Below are positions 30,292 to 39,664 of a DNA stretch of 45,334 nucleotides, one piece after another; position 1 is the first letter of the stretch; every line of letters starts with the position of its first letter. The stretch lies in the NCBI GenBank assembly GCA_964005815.1, contig CAXFSR010000025.1, forward strand, positions 1-45,334, written 5' to 3'. The position numbers were made by a program, and so were the translations under genes. The notes below the pieces were generated by a model. It was not told the DNA's origin. It was given only the letters and a program-made list of their open reading frames with translations, and made no database searches. Source of the DNA: an uncultured Nitrospinaceae bacterium. Its GTDB lineage: Bacteria > UBA8248.

Positions 30292-30927
30292 TTAGTCTTC
30301 TAATGCTAAAAATTTAAATAGATCGGGCTTATATTCTATTAACTTCTTAAGATTATCAGGTGTGTCAAGGTCAAAGCTTAGACTTTTATTTTCATAGCAT
30401 TCTATTCCAATCTTCTTTTTGACGAATTCTTTCCAATGTTTTTTGAAACTATTTTTCCCATAAGAAAGTTTAGGAATTTCTTTTGACAGAAAAAAAAGAC
30501 TATTAGTTCCTCCATCCGAAGAAGGTGTAATTACAACAGACGAAAGTTTCATTCCTCTTTCTATAATTTTTCTTACGCTATCTTTTTCTATCAGGGGTAA
30601 GTCTGAAGGGATTATAAGAAAAGATTTTGCATTACGTTTTTTTGCCCATTCCATTCCTTTTGTCAAATCTATATTTAGATCATTCGAATCACTATTGATT
30701 GTTCCCGTATTAAATTGGTTTGCTATCTTTAAAACATCAACTGAATCGCTAACCACAACTGTTTTATTGATCAGGTTACAATTGGTAACGGACACTAAAA
30801 CATTTTGCAACATCCATTTCTGCAAGTTGATCCTAAGTTTCTCTTCTAATACTCCAGCAAGGCGAGACTTGCCTTTTTGAAAATCTTTTGCAGGAATTAT
30901 TGCAATACAGGGTTTGAAAGTTTTCAT
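30292..30927 (-). CDS. cofC: 2-phospho-L-lactate/PEP guanylyltransferase
   Basis: IPAKDFQKGKSRLA, PSDLPL, DGGTN, YGKNSF, FDLDTPDNL. Confidence 0.9.
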   Translation of the reverse strand: MKTFKPCIAIIPAKDFQKGKSRLAGVLEEKLRINLQKWMLQNVLVSVTNCNLINKTVVVSDSVDVLKIANQFNTGTINSDSNDLNIDLTKGMEWAKKRNAKSFLIIPSDLPLIEKDSVRKIIERGMKLSSVVITPSSDGGTNSLFFLSKEIPKLSYGKNSFKKHWKEFVKKKIGIECYENKSLSFDLDTPDNLKKLIEYKPDLFKFLALED

Positions 30928-30963
30928 TGTCTTTTGTCAAATTTTGTAAGGTAAAAATCTAAT

Positions 30964-31911
30964 TTATTTTAGTGAATCTGAAAATTCAAGAGTCTGTCTA
31001 GCAAGATTTCGTTTTGTTTGCAAATTAGACATTATAGTAGGAAGGGTTTTGATTTTTAACCCAATTTTTTCTATTTGATTTTTTAATTGTTTATCTACAG
31101 TATCCATGACAAATCCGTCAATAAATTCTCTGAGAAACTTTGCTACTCCTACAGCAGACACTTCGTAATTTAAACTTTTTAGCATTTCTGCAGCAGGTCC
31201 TCTCAAAGCCTTGCCTCCAATAATTGGGCTTACTGCAACCCTTGTGCAATGAGGATTTAGTAATTTCTCTCTTATTTCGCTTACTTCTAATATTGGCCCA
31301 ATACTTACGATTGGATTTGAAGGGCAAAAAATTATATGTGATGCCTCTTCAATAGCTGAAAGTACCTCTTTGGTCGCACTGGCATTCTCAATGCCATGAA
31401 AATTTACTCCAATTACCTTGGGTAGGGTTTTTCTGGCAACAAAATAATCTTGAAATTCTAATTCTCCTTCTGGAGTTATTATTCTTGTAGCAACTTCATT
31501 ATTTGTCATAGGTAAGATTGTTGTTTTAATTCCTAAGGCAGAAGATAGTTCTGATGTTACTTCCGTGAGATTCTTCCCTTCATTCAGTCTTTGGGTTCTT
31601 CTAATATGTGTTGCAATATCCTTGTCTCCAAGTTTAAACCAAGATGCTCCTCCATAAATATCCAAAATTTTCAGAGCTTCATTTGTATCACCTTTTATAC
31701 CCCAACCTTGTTTTGGATCCGAAAGACCTGCAAGGTTATACATAACAGTATCTACATCTGGACTAATATGTAGCCCATGTAAAGTGAAATCGTCAGCGGT
31801 ATTCACTACAACACTAAGAGTTCCATCTTCTAGAATTGAGTGAAGTCCAGTAGCAAGTTTCGCCCCACCTACTCCTCCTGCGAATGCAACTACCTTTCCG
31901 TAATTACTCAT
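30964..31911 (-). CDS. cofD: LPPG/EPPG:Fo phosphotransferase
   Basis: GGVGGAK, NTADD, SPDVDTVMY, WFKLGDKD, FQDYFV, PSNPIVSIGPIL, SPIIGG, GPA. Confidence 0.95.
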   Translation of the reverse strand: MSNYGKVVAFAGGVGGAKLATGLHSILEDGTLSVVVNTADDFTLHGLHISPDVDTVMYNLAGLSDPKQGWGIKGDTNEALKILDIYGGASWFKLGDKDIATHIRRTQRLNEGKNLTEVTSELSSALGIKTTILPMTNNEVATRIITPEGELEFQDYFVARKTLPKVIGVNFHGIENASATKEVLSAIEEASHIIFCPSNPIVSIGPILEVSEIREKLLNPHCTRVAVSPIIGGKALRGPAAEMLKSLNYEVSAVGVAKFLREFIDGFVMDTVDKQLKNQIEKIGLKIKTLPTIMSNLQTKRNLARQTLEFSDSLK

Positions 31912-32537
31912 CTTATTAAAACTCTAGGTTTAATGAATTTTTTTTCAGTAGGTTTTATTTTTGGAAATCCTGCAAGAATCATAGCACGTGGAATCCATTT
32001 CTTAGGTAAGTTTAAAGCATCTCTTGCAATCTCAGGACAAAATAAAGGTGCGCATCTCCATACAGAACCTATGCCTTGTGCAGCAAGAGCAATCATTAGA
32101 TTCTGTAACGCTGCGCCGAGACTATGTTCTGCCATCATATTTTCGTTGTGTTGTTTACTTCTTTCTTCATAAAAATCCATCTTAGAGTAATCAAGAGAAA
32201 CTAGAATTATGAGAGGAGAATTTTGAATTAAAAGTAAACTTTTTTGATATCTATTTTCTCTTGTTTTCTTTGAGATTCCTTCAAATTTCATATCTTCAAG
32301 GAATTTTTCGCCCATTGATTTTCCTAATTTCGTTTTTGATTTTTTCTTATTTATAATGCAAAAACGCCATGGAAATGTTCCATGTGGGCTAGGAGCTAAA
32401 AGTGCAGCATAAATTGCAGTATCCACTAACTTTTTCGGAATAGGAGATTTTTTAAAGATTCTGATTGACCTTCTTTGGATTAATGCATCTGCAAGTCTGA
32501 AATTACCAAGATTTTCATTAAATGTCTGTTTGTCCAT
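31908..32537 (-). CDS. Stand-alone nitroreductase, FbiB C-terminal-like (probable dehydro-F420 reductase)
   Basis: RRSIR, APSPH..PWRF, SLGAALQNLMIALAAQGIGSVW..PLFCPE, LP..W.P. Overlaps the cofD start by 4 bp. Confidence 0.8.
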   Translation of the reverse strand: MDKQTFNENLGNFRLADALIQRRSIRIFKKSPIPKKLVDTAIYAALLAPSPHGTFPWRFCIINKKKSKTKLGKSMGEKFLEDMKFEGISKKTRENRYQKSLLLIQNSPLIILVSLDYSKMDFYEERSKQHNENMMAEHSLGAALQNLMIALAAQGIGSVWRCAPLFCPEIARDALNLPKKWIPRAMILAGFPKIKPTEKKFIKPRVLIR

Positions 32538-32552
32538 TGAAAATTTGGCCCT

Positions 32553-33971
32553 TTATACAGGTGGTGCCCCGCCTTGTTCAGGTGTAGGAGGTGGAGGAAG
32601 TTTTCTTTTCTCTCCATCGGGTGGTGGACCAGGGTCCCCAGGAATTGGTTGTCCTGCCATGAATCCGTCAATTTGTTTTGGAAGATTCTCTTCTCCATAT
32701 GCTGCAACTAAACATTCTTTGATTTCTTCATCAGTTTTTGGACTATCTTCTATTTTTTTAAGTGAAAAAACAGAACCGTCTTTAGGGTTATATTGCGGAA
32801 GATTATCAGTAGTTCCACTTCTTCCTTCAACTTTAGGAACTCTGTTTCTTTGACGTCTAGCTAAGATTTGCAGGATATTCCAAGCTCTCTTATTCTCTTG
32901 AATTGGCATAGTTTCAATCGTCCCTGATTTCTGAAAATTCTTCCAAATTTCCTCACCCCTTTTAGTGCGAATTACTATTATTGTCCAGCCGCGTGTCCCA
33001 ACACCTCCACATGAAATATCTGCTAATTCTGCAGAGAAATCTCCGCAATGTTGACACTCTGGTCTTTGATAATTTTCCATGGCTTCTTTAAGAGGTAGGG
33101 TAACTAATTCGCCGTCTTTTTTATGTATAAGAACATCACCTTTCACGTTGAATTTAGCTACATCTTCAAGTGGAATGTTCATTTCTCCTTCAATTTTTTC
33201 TTTCATTAGATCAAAAGTGAAAACTTCTGTACAAAAAAGTCCTATCTGAAGAGAAGTCCTATTAGAAAATCCTCTTAAAAATCCTCTTTGTTTTTCTATA
33301 TGCTGAGGTCTCTTTTTTGCAGAAAGTAGAAAAGCAGGGTCTATGTGGGACATTTTTCTGATTGGTGTTATCTGACAAGGAACACCTACAAACGCAACTT
33401 TCTTTAGATTTTTTTCTTCAACTTCTTGTAATGCTAAATTATTTGGGCAGTATGTATACCAACTTCCTGCGCTAGCCAGTATCTCTTTTTGTGTGGTAAC
33501 TACCTTTGGACTCGGACTACATGGAGGGTCGTTTTCTCCTACAGCAGATACAACTGCACCATCAATTATCTTTTTTTCTAATCCCCATGAAAGAAGTGCA
33601 GTGACAATTCCACCGTCCTGTGCATTTTCCATTATTTCATTTTTCTTTGTTCTAGCTGCAAAGATATTTTTGTATACACCAAAAATATCTTCATAAGGTC
33701 TAGAGTCTTTGAAAACTACATCTTTAAGATGGTCTTCCCTTGGCCAGAGCCTTGGACAAACCGATGCGCATACGTCACATCCCACGCCTTCGCTAATTCC
33801 ACAAAAGTCAAATTCGGCAGAGGCTTTTGCTGTTTGTTTTGGTTTACTGTCAACATATTCAATTACATTATGGGGACAGACCAAAACGCAACTTCCACAT
33901 TCACAACAACTTCCTGCGTCCACAACATCATGCATCATGTTTTTAAAAGATGGGTGGTGTAGATTATTCAT
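32553..33971 (-). CDS. FrhB/FdhB/FpoF-family F420-interacting Fe-S flavoprotein with N-terminal ferredoxin domain
   Basis: CCECGSCVLVCP and C...GCDVCASVCP; AQDGGIVTALL, VGVPCQ, IGLFC, CQHCGDFSAELADISCGGVG. Confidence 0.88.
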   Translation of the reverse strand: MNNLHHPSFKNMMHDVVDAGSCCECGSCVLVCPHNVIEYVDSKPKQTAKASAEFDFCGISEGVGCDVCASVCPRLWPREDHLKDVVFKDSRPYEDIFGVYKNIFAARTKKNEIMENAQDGGIVTALLSWGLEKKIIDGAVVSAVGENDPPCSPSPKVVTTQKEILASAGSWYTYCPNNLALQEVEEKNLKKVAFVGVPCQITPIRKMSHIDPAFLLSAKKRPQHIEKQRGFLRGFSNRTSLQIGLFCTEVFTFDLMKEKIEGEMNIPLEDVAKFNVKGDVLIHKKDGELVTLPLKEAMENYQRPECQHCGDFSAELADISCGGVGTRGWTIIVIRTKRGEEIWKNFQKSGTIETMPIQENKRAWNILQILARRQRNRVPKVEGRSGTTDNLPQYNPKDGSVFSLKKIEDSPKTDEEIKECLVAAYGEENLPKQIDGFMAGQPIPGDPGPPPDGEKRKLPPPPTPEQGGAPPV

Positions 33972-34002
33972 GTAAATTTTCTTTCTTTCAGGTATAAGTA
34001 TT

Positions 34003-35223
34003 TTAATTAAGCATTGTTAACGGGTTGAAATTTTTTGTGCCGGATTGTGCACCTTTTCCTAAAATTAGAAAGTCATTTTCTTTAGGGTGTCTAAAATCAG
34101 GGTCATCTTGTTCAATAATTTGATAGTTTGTGGTTCTTTGTACTGGAATTTTTCCAACCGAAAGAATTGCTTCATTAAATTCTTGAGGTGTCAAACTTTG
34201 ACCATATTCTGACCCAGACTCACGACTTATGTTCTCCTCTATTAAGGTTCCTCCTAAATCATTAACTCCTAAATTTAAAGAAACCTTTGCCGCATCAAGA
34301 CCAATTTTTGGCCAGGAAACTTGAATATTCTTAATATGATTCCTGAAAAATAGTCTTGCGATAGAATGTAGTTTGAAAACGTAATCCATACTTGCCATTT
34401 CGGTTATGCCAAATTCTTGTCCCATTTTATTGTCATAAGGAATAAAAGGTAGTGGAACAAATTCGGTGAATCCGGTTTTTAAGTTATTCTTTATATTCTG
34501 TGACTGTATATCTCTTAAAATATTCATATGTTCAACAAGATCCTGTGTTTCTTCAATATGACCATACATTATAGTAGAAGTTGTAGGGATTCCGACTTCA
34601 TGTGCAGTTTTGATTATTTCACACCATCTTTGAACCGATATTCTTCCAGGGCTGATTTTCTTTTTTACTTTTTCCACTAGTATTTCAGCTGCAGTACCAG
34701 GAATAGAACTAAGACCGGCTTCTTTTAATCTCCTGAGTATTTTTTCAAGAGGCAGTCTTGTTTTTCGTTGTACATGATCTATCTCTGCAGGGGAGTAAGC
34801 ATGAAGGTGTACATTAGGAATAATTTTATTCGCCAGACGAAGGACTTCTTCATAACGGTCTAAAGAAATTTGAGGATTTAATCCTCCTTGCATACAAATT
34901 TCAGTAACTCCGAAATCTCTTGCTCTCTCAAATTTTTCGATTAGTATCTCATCGTTATGAGTGTATGCGTCTTTGTCACTTGGTTTTCTCCAGAACCCAC
35001 AATATTTACAGTCTGTATAGCAAATATTCGTGAAATTTACGTTTGCGTTAATTATATAACTAACTTTTTCTCCTACGGATTTTTTTCTTTCTAAATCAGC
35101 AAGATGATATATTCTTTCAGTAACTGACTGATTTTTATCATCAAACAATATAACGGCATTTTTACAAGTTAGTTCCTCACCTGCTTCAATTTCGTCCAAT
35201 ATTTGATTTGTTTGATTATCCAT
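34003..35223 (-). CDS. cofH: Fo synthase subunit 2 (radical SAM)
   Basis: NVNFTNICYTDCKYCGF, EICMQGGLNP, HAYSPAE, PGTAAEIL, TSTIMYGH, GFTEFVPLPF, NIQVSW, NDLGGTLIEENISR. Operon context. Confidence 0.92.
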   Translation of the reverse strand: MDNQTNQILDEIEAGEELTCKNAVILFDDKNQSVTERIYHLADLERKKSVGEKVSYIINANVNFTNICYTDCKYCGFWRKPSDKDAYTHNDEILIEKFERARDFGVTEICMQGGLNPQISLDRYEEVLRLANKIIPNVHLHAYSPAEIDHVQRKTRLPLEKILRRLKEAGLSSIPGTAAEILVEKVKKKISPGRISVQRWCEIIKTAHEVGIPTTSTIMYGHIEETQDLVEHMNILRDIQSQNIKNNLKTGFTEFVPLPFIPYDNKMGQEFGITEMASMDYVFKLHSIARLFFRNHIKNIQVSWPKIGLDAAKVSLNLGVNDLGGTLIEENISRESGSEYGQSLTPQEFNEAILSVGKIPVQRTTNYQIIEQDDPDFRHPKENDFLILGKGAQSGTKNFNPLTMLN

Positions 35224-35233
35224 ATTTTTTCTC

Positions 35234-36220
35234 TTAATTTAGGACTTTTGAACTATTTTTTGAAAGCATATTGTTTAATGCTTCGATTGTAGGTTCTGGG
35301 CACCAATCCCCTTTAATGTATTCGTCATATACGGGCATTCGTAATTTTAATTCTACTTCTCGATTTTTGAGTTCGTTTTTAAGTGAACTCAAATTAGGCC
35401 AATCTTTATTTGGATTTATATGGTCCGGTTCTGGCGCTATACCTCCTAAGTCATCGGCACCAGCTTCTATTAATGAAAAAAGATTGTCAACTAAATTAGG
35501 TGGTATTTGAATATGGACATCTGGCATCATTTCTTTAACGAAAGGGATTAGTTCCTCTATTTTTTCATCATTCGGTTTTTCCCAATTGGCCATAGGGGTT
35601 TCTTCTTGTGGATTTAATGGTTGCAAAATAATTTCTTGTATATGTCCAAATTGAGAATGTATTTCTCCTATGGATTCTAGAGTTTTTATTCTATCTTCGT
35701 AACTTTCACCAATACCTATCAAGATGCCGGTAGTGAAAGGAATTTTTAGTTTTCCAGCTTCTTTCAAAGAGGATAATCTGAACGATGGTTTTTTTGTTGG
35801 AGCAGCAGAGTGTGCAATTTTTGTTGCTTCCTCGCTCGTTGTTTCAACCATCATTCCCATTGAAACATTATAGGGTTTAAGTATTTCTAGCTCTCTTTCT
35901 TCTAAAGTTCCAATATTTGTGTGAGGTAAAAGACCTATATCTAGGTATCTTTTGCATACTTCAGCTGTATAAGATGCATAGGAATCAAAACCCCAATCAT
36001 TCAACTGTTTTTTCATTATGGGGTGTTTGTCTATTCCTTCGCCTGTCATAATCAAAGCTTCTATGACACCTTTTTCAAAAGCTTTTTTCCCTAATTCTTC
36101 GCACTCGACCAATGATAGTAAAGTAGGTGCGTCTGTTCTAAAAGCGCAGTAAGCACAACGATTTATACACCAACTTGTTATTGGAAGTGTGAAATTATAG
36201 GAGTAGGTTACGGATCTCAG
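35234..36220 (-). CDS. cofG: Fo synthase subunit 1 (radical SAM), CTG start
   Basis: Upstream extension LRSVTYSYNFTLPITSWCINRCAYCAFR contains CX3CX2C. Also GLLPHTN, NVSMGMMVE, PFTTGILIGIGE, GHIQEII, QIPPNL, DDLGG, DHINP. Confidence 0.92.
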   Translation of the reverse strand: MRSVTYSYNFTLPITSWCINRCAYCAFRTDAPTLLSLVECEELGKKAFEKGVIEALIMTGEGIDKHPIMKKQLNDWGFDSYASYTAEVCKRYLDIGLLPHTNIGTLEERELEILKPYNVSMGMMVETTSEEATKIAHSAAPTKKPSFRLSSLKEAGKLKIPFTTGILIGIGESYEDRIKTLESIGEIHSQFGHIQEIILQPLNPQEETPMANWEKPNDEKIEELIPFVKEMMPDVHIQIPPNLVDNLFSLIEAGADDLGGIAPEPDHINPNKDWPNLSSLKNELKNREVELKLRMPVYDEYIKGDWCPEPTIEALNNMLSKNSSKVLN

Positions 36221-36303
36221 TTTTTATGAACCTCCAAGAATATTTTTTCGAAATTATACAATCAAATTTTATTCAGATGCATAATTAAGAACTTCTATTG
36301 TAA

Positions 36304-37494
36304 TTATATTATTTTTTCCTCTCTGAGAGAATCTATGTCCGATTTAGTATATTTTATAATTTCTGTAAGAATTTCATCTGTATGTTCTCCTAAAAGAGGA
36401 GGTGGCAACAAAACTTTTCCTGGGGTTTTTGATAATTTGACAGGTATCCCCATCATTTTTAGGACCCCTGTTTTTGCATGTTCTATTTCTACAATCATAT
36501 CACGGTGTTTTATTTGTGGATCTTTGGTAAGTTCTTGTATATTTCTAATCGGTCCGCAAGGAACTCCAGCTTCTGAAATAATTTTACACCATTCTGCACG
36601 TGATTTTTGTTTCATCGTTTTTTCGATCTCTTTGTCTAAAACTTTACGATTTTTTACTCTGGCTGCGTTTTTTCCCCATGCATTGTCATTGGCAAGATCT
36701 TCTCTGCCAATTGCCTTCGCAAAACGTTGCCAAAGACTGTCATTTGCAGCCGCAACTATTAGTTGACCATCAGAACAACAAAAATCTCGATAAGGTGCAA
36801 TACTTGGATGTTCATTCCCAAGTCTTCCAGGTGGGACAGAGGTAGCAAAAAAATTCCCAGCAGCGTGACTCATTAATGCAGCTTGTCCATCTTGAATAGA
36901 GACATCAATTTCTTGTCCAAGTCCTGTTTTTTCTCTTGAAATTATTGCAAGTAGAATGCCCTGGATTGTAAAGAGTGCAGTTGTAAGATCTGCAATTGCA
37001 ATTCCTGTTTTATATCCTGAACCATCAGAAGGTCCAGTGATACTCATAAGCCCACCTTCTGCTTGTAAAAGAATGTCGTATGCAGGTCTCTCTCTATAGG
37101 GGCCATTTTGTCCGTATCCAGAAACAGAGGAATAGATTAGTTTAGGATTGATTTTTTTGCATACATCCCATCCAAAACCTAATCTTTCGATCGCACCGGG
37201 TCTAAAATTTTGGATCAGAACGTCAGATTTCTTTATTAACTCTTTAAGAATTTTTTTCCCTTCTTCGGATTTCAGATCCAGAGTTAGGCTTTTTTTGTTT
37301 CGGTTTACAGATTGGAAGTAACTGCTTTCACCTCCTTCATAAAATGGAGGCCACCCTCTGGTATCATCGCCTCCATCAGGATTTTCTATTTTTATAATTT
37401 CTGCTCCCATGTCCCCTAGCATCATCGTACAAAAAGGGCCTGCAAGAACTCTTGATAAATCAATCACGCGTATATGATCTAAGGGCATTACCAT
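36304..37494 (-). CDS. Class III CoA-transferase (CaiB/BaiF family)
   Basis: DLSRVLAGP, GDDTR, NRNKKS, QNFRPG, SGYGQ, catalytic D in GIAIAD, PPLLGEHT. Confidence 0.92.
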   Translation of the reverse strand: MVMPLDHIRVIDLSRVLAGPFCTMMLGDMGAEIIKIENPDGGDDTRGWPPFYEGGESSYFQSVNRNKKSLTLDLKSEEGKKILKELIKKSDVLIQNFRPGAIERLGFGWDVCKKINPKLIYSSVSGYGQNGPYRERPAYDILLQAEGGLMSITGPSDGSGYKTGIAIADLTTALFTIQGILLAIISREKTGLGQEIDVSIQDGQAALMSHAAGNFFATSVPPGRLGNEHPSIAPYRDFCCSDGQLIVAAANDSLWQRFAKAIGREDLANDNAWGKNAARVKNRKVLDKEIEKTMKQKSRAEWCKIISEAGVPCGPIRNIQELTKDPQIKHRDMIVEIEHAKTGVLKMMGIPVKLSKTPGKVLLPPPLLGEHTDEILTEIIKYTKSDIDSLREEKII

Positions 37495-37530
37495 TTGTTT
37501 GCTCCTGAGTACTTATTTATCGAAAAAAAT

Positions 37531-38388
37531 TTATTTTTTAGTAAGTTCTTTTATTAGGGCATGCCTTACAGCATTAATTGGCATGTCAATGCCGGTCCAT
37601 AGTTTCCATGCAAACGCACCTTGATGGATTAACCAACCCAAACCACTGAGAGTTTTTGCCCCTTTTCGTTCAGCATTTTGAAGAAAAACAGTTTCTAATG
37701 GATTGTAGACAGCATCTGAACAAATACTTTTCTCTGAAATCCAATTTTCATCAATTAGAGAAGATGATTCTCTAGTTTTTTCTCCTAACATTCCAACACT
37801 TGTAGTATTGACTATAAGATCGAAATTTTTGGTTTCTTGTTCCAAAGATTGAAGTCCGCCAGCATCAATTTTTGATTCGATAATTCTACTGCTAATATAT
37901 TCAGAAAGTTTTTCTGCTTTTTCTATTGAACGGTTTCTTATTGATATTTGTTGAGCTTCAGCTTGCGCTAATTTTACAGCAATGGCTCTTGCAGCACCCC
38001 CTGCTCCTAAAACTAAACATCTCTTCCCTTTTGGACTCTCTCCAATTTCTTCAAGTGATTTTATCCATCCAATACCATCAGTATTGTGACCTGTCATTCT
38101 GCCGTTCTTTGAGAATGTCACCACATTAACGGCACCAATTAATTCCGCATCTTCAGTGATTTCATCGACAAGTTTGAAGACTTCTACTTTATGCGGGATA
38201 GTTATACATAACCCTGCAAAACCCATAGCTTTTGTTCCTAATAAAGCCTCTTTGAGATTTTCAGGTTTAACATCAAAAGCCAGGAATCGATAGGGAAGAC
38301 CTAATTCTCTCGCAGTAGTATTATGCATTACTGGAGACATTGTATGTGATAATGGATGACCAAAAATACCAAGACACTTTTCGAGCAA
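37531..38388 (-). CDS. aroE: Shikimate dehydrogenase (AroE/YdiB family)
   Basis: HTMSPVMHN, TIPHK, GAVN, NTDG, GAGGAARA, NTTSVGM, DAVYNP. Confidence 0.88.
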   Translation of the reverse strand: MLEKCLGIFGHPLSHTMSPVMHNTTARELGLPYRFLAFDVKPENLKEALLGTKAMGFAGLCITIPHKVEVFKLVDEITEDAELIGAVNVVTFSKNGRMTGHNTDGIGWIKSLEEIGESPKGKRCLVLGAGGAARAIAVKLAQAEAQQISIRNRSIEKAEKLSEYISSRIIESKIDAGGLQSLEQETKNFDLIVNTTSVGMLGEKTRESSSLIDENWISEKSICSDAVYNPLETVFLQNAERKGAKTLSGLGWLIHQGAFAWKLWTGIDMPINAVRHALIKELTKK

Positions 38389-38519
38389 TATCCAAATCCT
38401 TTATTTTTATGAATTAAACTGTCCCAAAACATATAGATAGGTTAGATTACTTTTATCGAAAATATATCGCAAGACAGTGATTTTTTTTTGTTTATATCGA
38501 TTTTTTGAGAGGTTTGGAA

Positions 38520-39641
38520 ATGTCAAAAATTGTAGCTGCAGAAATGCTTAAACCCGGAGAAATTGTTTTGAAAGATTTTTCTATTCCTCAAATAGAAGAT
38601 GATGCCATTCTGATGAAAGTGGCGGCCGTTGGAATTTGTGGTTCCGATAAACACATGTTTACAGGAAAGATGAATGTTACCTGGCCTTTGATCCCTGGTC
38701 ATGAGTTGAGTGGAATTGTCGAAAAAATTGGAAAGAATGCGAACAATACGATGAAAATTGTTGGCGGAAACCTTAAAGAAGGTGATGCTATAACAGTGAC
38801 TCCTGGTAGTCAGTCTTGTTCAAAGTGCTGGTATTGTGTCCATGTTCCGCATAGACCACAACTTTGTCCAAATCGAACTGTTTTTGGATTTAGAACATCG
38901 AAAGATTTTCCTCATCTTTTTGGCGCATTTTCAGAGTATATGTATCTTCCTGGGAATTCCTTCGTTTTGAAGTTGCCAGAAGGTTTGTCTTTGCAAAGGG
39001 CTACTTTATGTGAGCCACTTTCTGTTGCTCAAAGAGCGATTAGTAGAGGTTTGTCTCCTGGAATTCCGAATGCAGGCGAAGGAATCGGAATTGGAGTTCG
39101 GTGTCTTGTAATGGGAGTTGGTCCTATAGGACTCCTTGTAGTAGCAACTCTTAGAAGTATGGGAGTAGGTGAAATTATAGTGGTTGATGCATCAAAAGAG
39201 AGACTTGATTTTTCGAAAAAATTTGGCGCAACACAACTTATAGATATTTCAGAAGTAGGGGTCGAAGATAGAAAAGATAAAATTTTATCTCTTACGGATA
39301 ACGTTGGCCCAGATGTAGTAATTGAATGTGCGGGAGCGCCTTCTGCTTTTTCTGAAGGATTAGATTTGGTGAGACGTGGTGGAAAATTAATTGAAGTCGG
39401 TCACTATGGAGATCCAGGAAGTGTAGACATTAGACCTCATCAAGTTTGCAATAAAGATGTCGATATTCTCGGTTCTTGGGCATATCCGCAAGTTCAGTTT
39501 GAACCTGCAATTGAAATGCTTCTAAGAACAGATCTGCCAATTGATGATATTTTTACGCACAAGATGTCTCTAGAAAATATTCAACAAGGAATTGAAATTA
39601 CTGGAACAAGTGAATGTCTGAAGGTAATCGTATCACCCTAA
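38520..39641 (+). CDS. Zinc-dependent dehydrogenase (MDR, sorbitol/threonine dehydrogenase-like)
   Basis: GICGSD, PGHE, CSKCWYC...C, CEP, GVGPIG. ATG 38520 behind GAGG. Confidence 0.88.
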   Translation: MSKIVAAEMLKPGEIVLKDFSIPQIEDDAILMKVAAVGICGSDKHMFTGKMNVTWPLIPGHELSGIVEKIGKNANNTMKIVGGNLKEGDAITVTPGSQSCSKCWYCVHVPHRPQLCPNRTVFGFRTSKDFPHLFGAFSEYMYLPGNSFVLKLPEGLSLQRATLCEPLSVAQRAISRGLSPGIPNAGEGIGIGVRCLVMGVGPIGLLVVATLRSMGVGEIIVVDASKERLDFSKKFGATQLIDISEVGVEDRKDKILSLTDNVGPDVVIECAGAPSAFSEGLDLVRRGGKLIEVGHYGDPGSVDIRPHQVCNKDVDILGSWAYPQVQFEPAIEMLLRTDLPIDDIFTHKMSLENIQQGIEITGTSECLKVIVSP

Positions 39642-39664
39642 TTTTTTTGTCATATGGATAGCTA

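Noticed and set aside
32553..33971. Calling this an F420-reducing [NiFe] hydrogenase
   Set aside because: No large or small hydrogenase subunit or maturation genes are present in the window. Only the F420-interacting module is seen.
34003..35223. MqnC/MqnE (futalosine pathway) assignment for the radical SAM gene
   Set aside because: Adjacent cofG, cofC, cofD and cofE, plus the GFTEFVPLPF and NDLGGTLIEENISR motifs, favour CofH.
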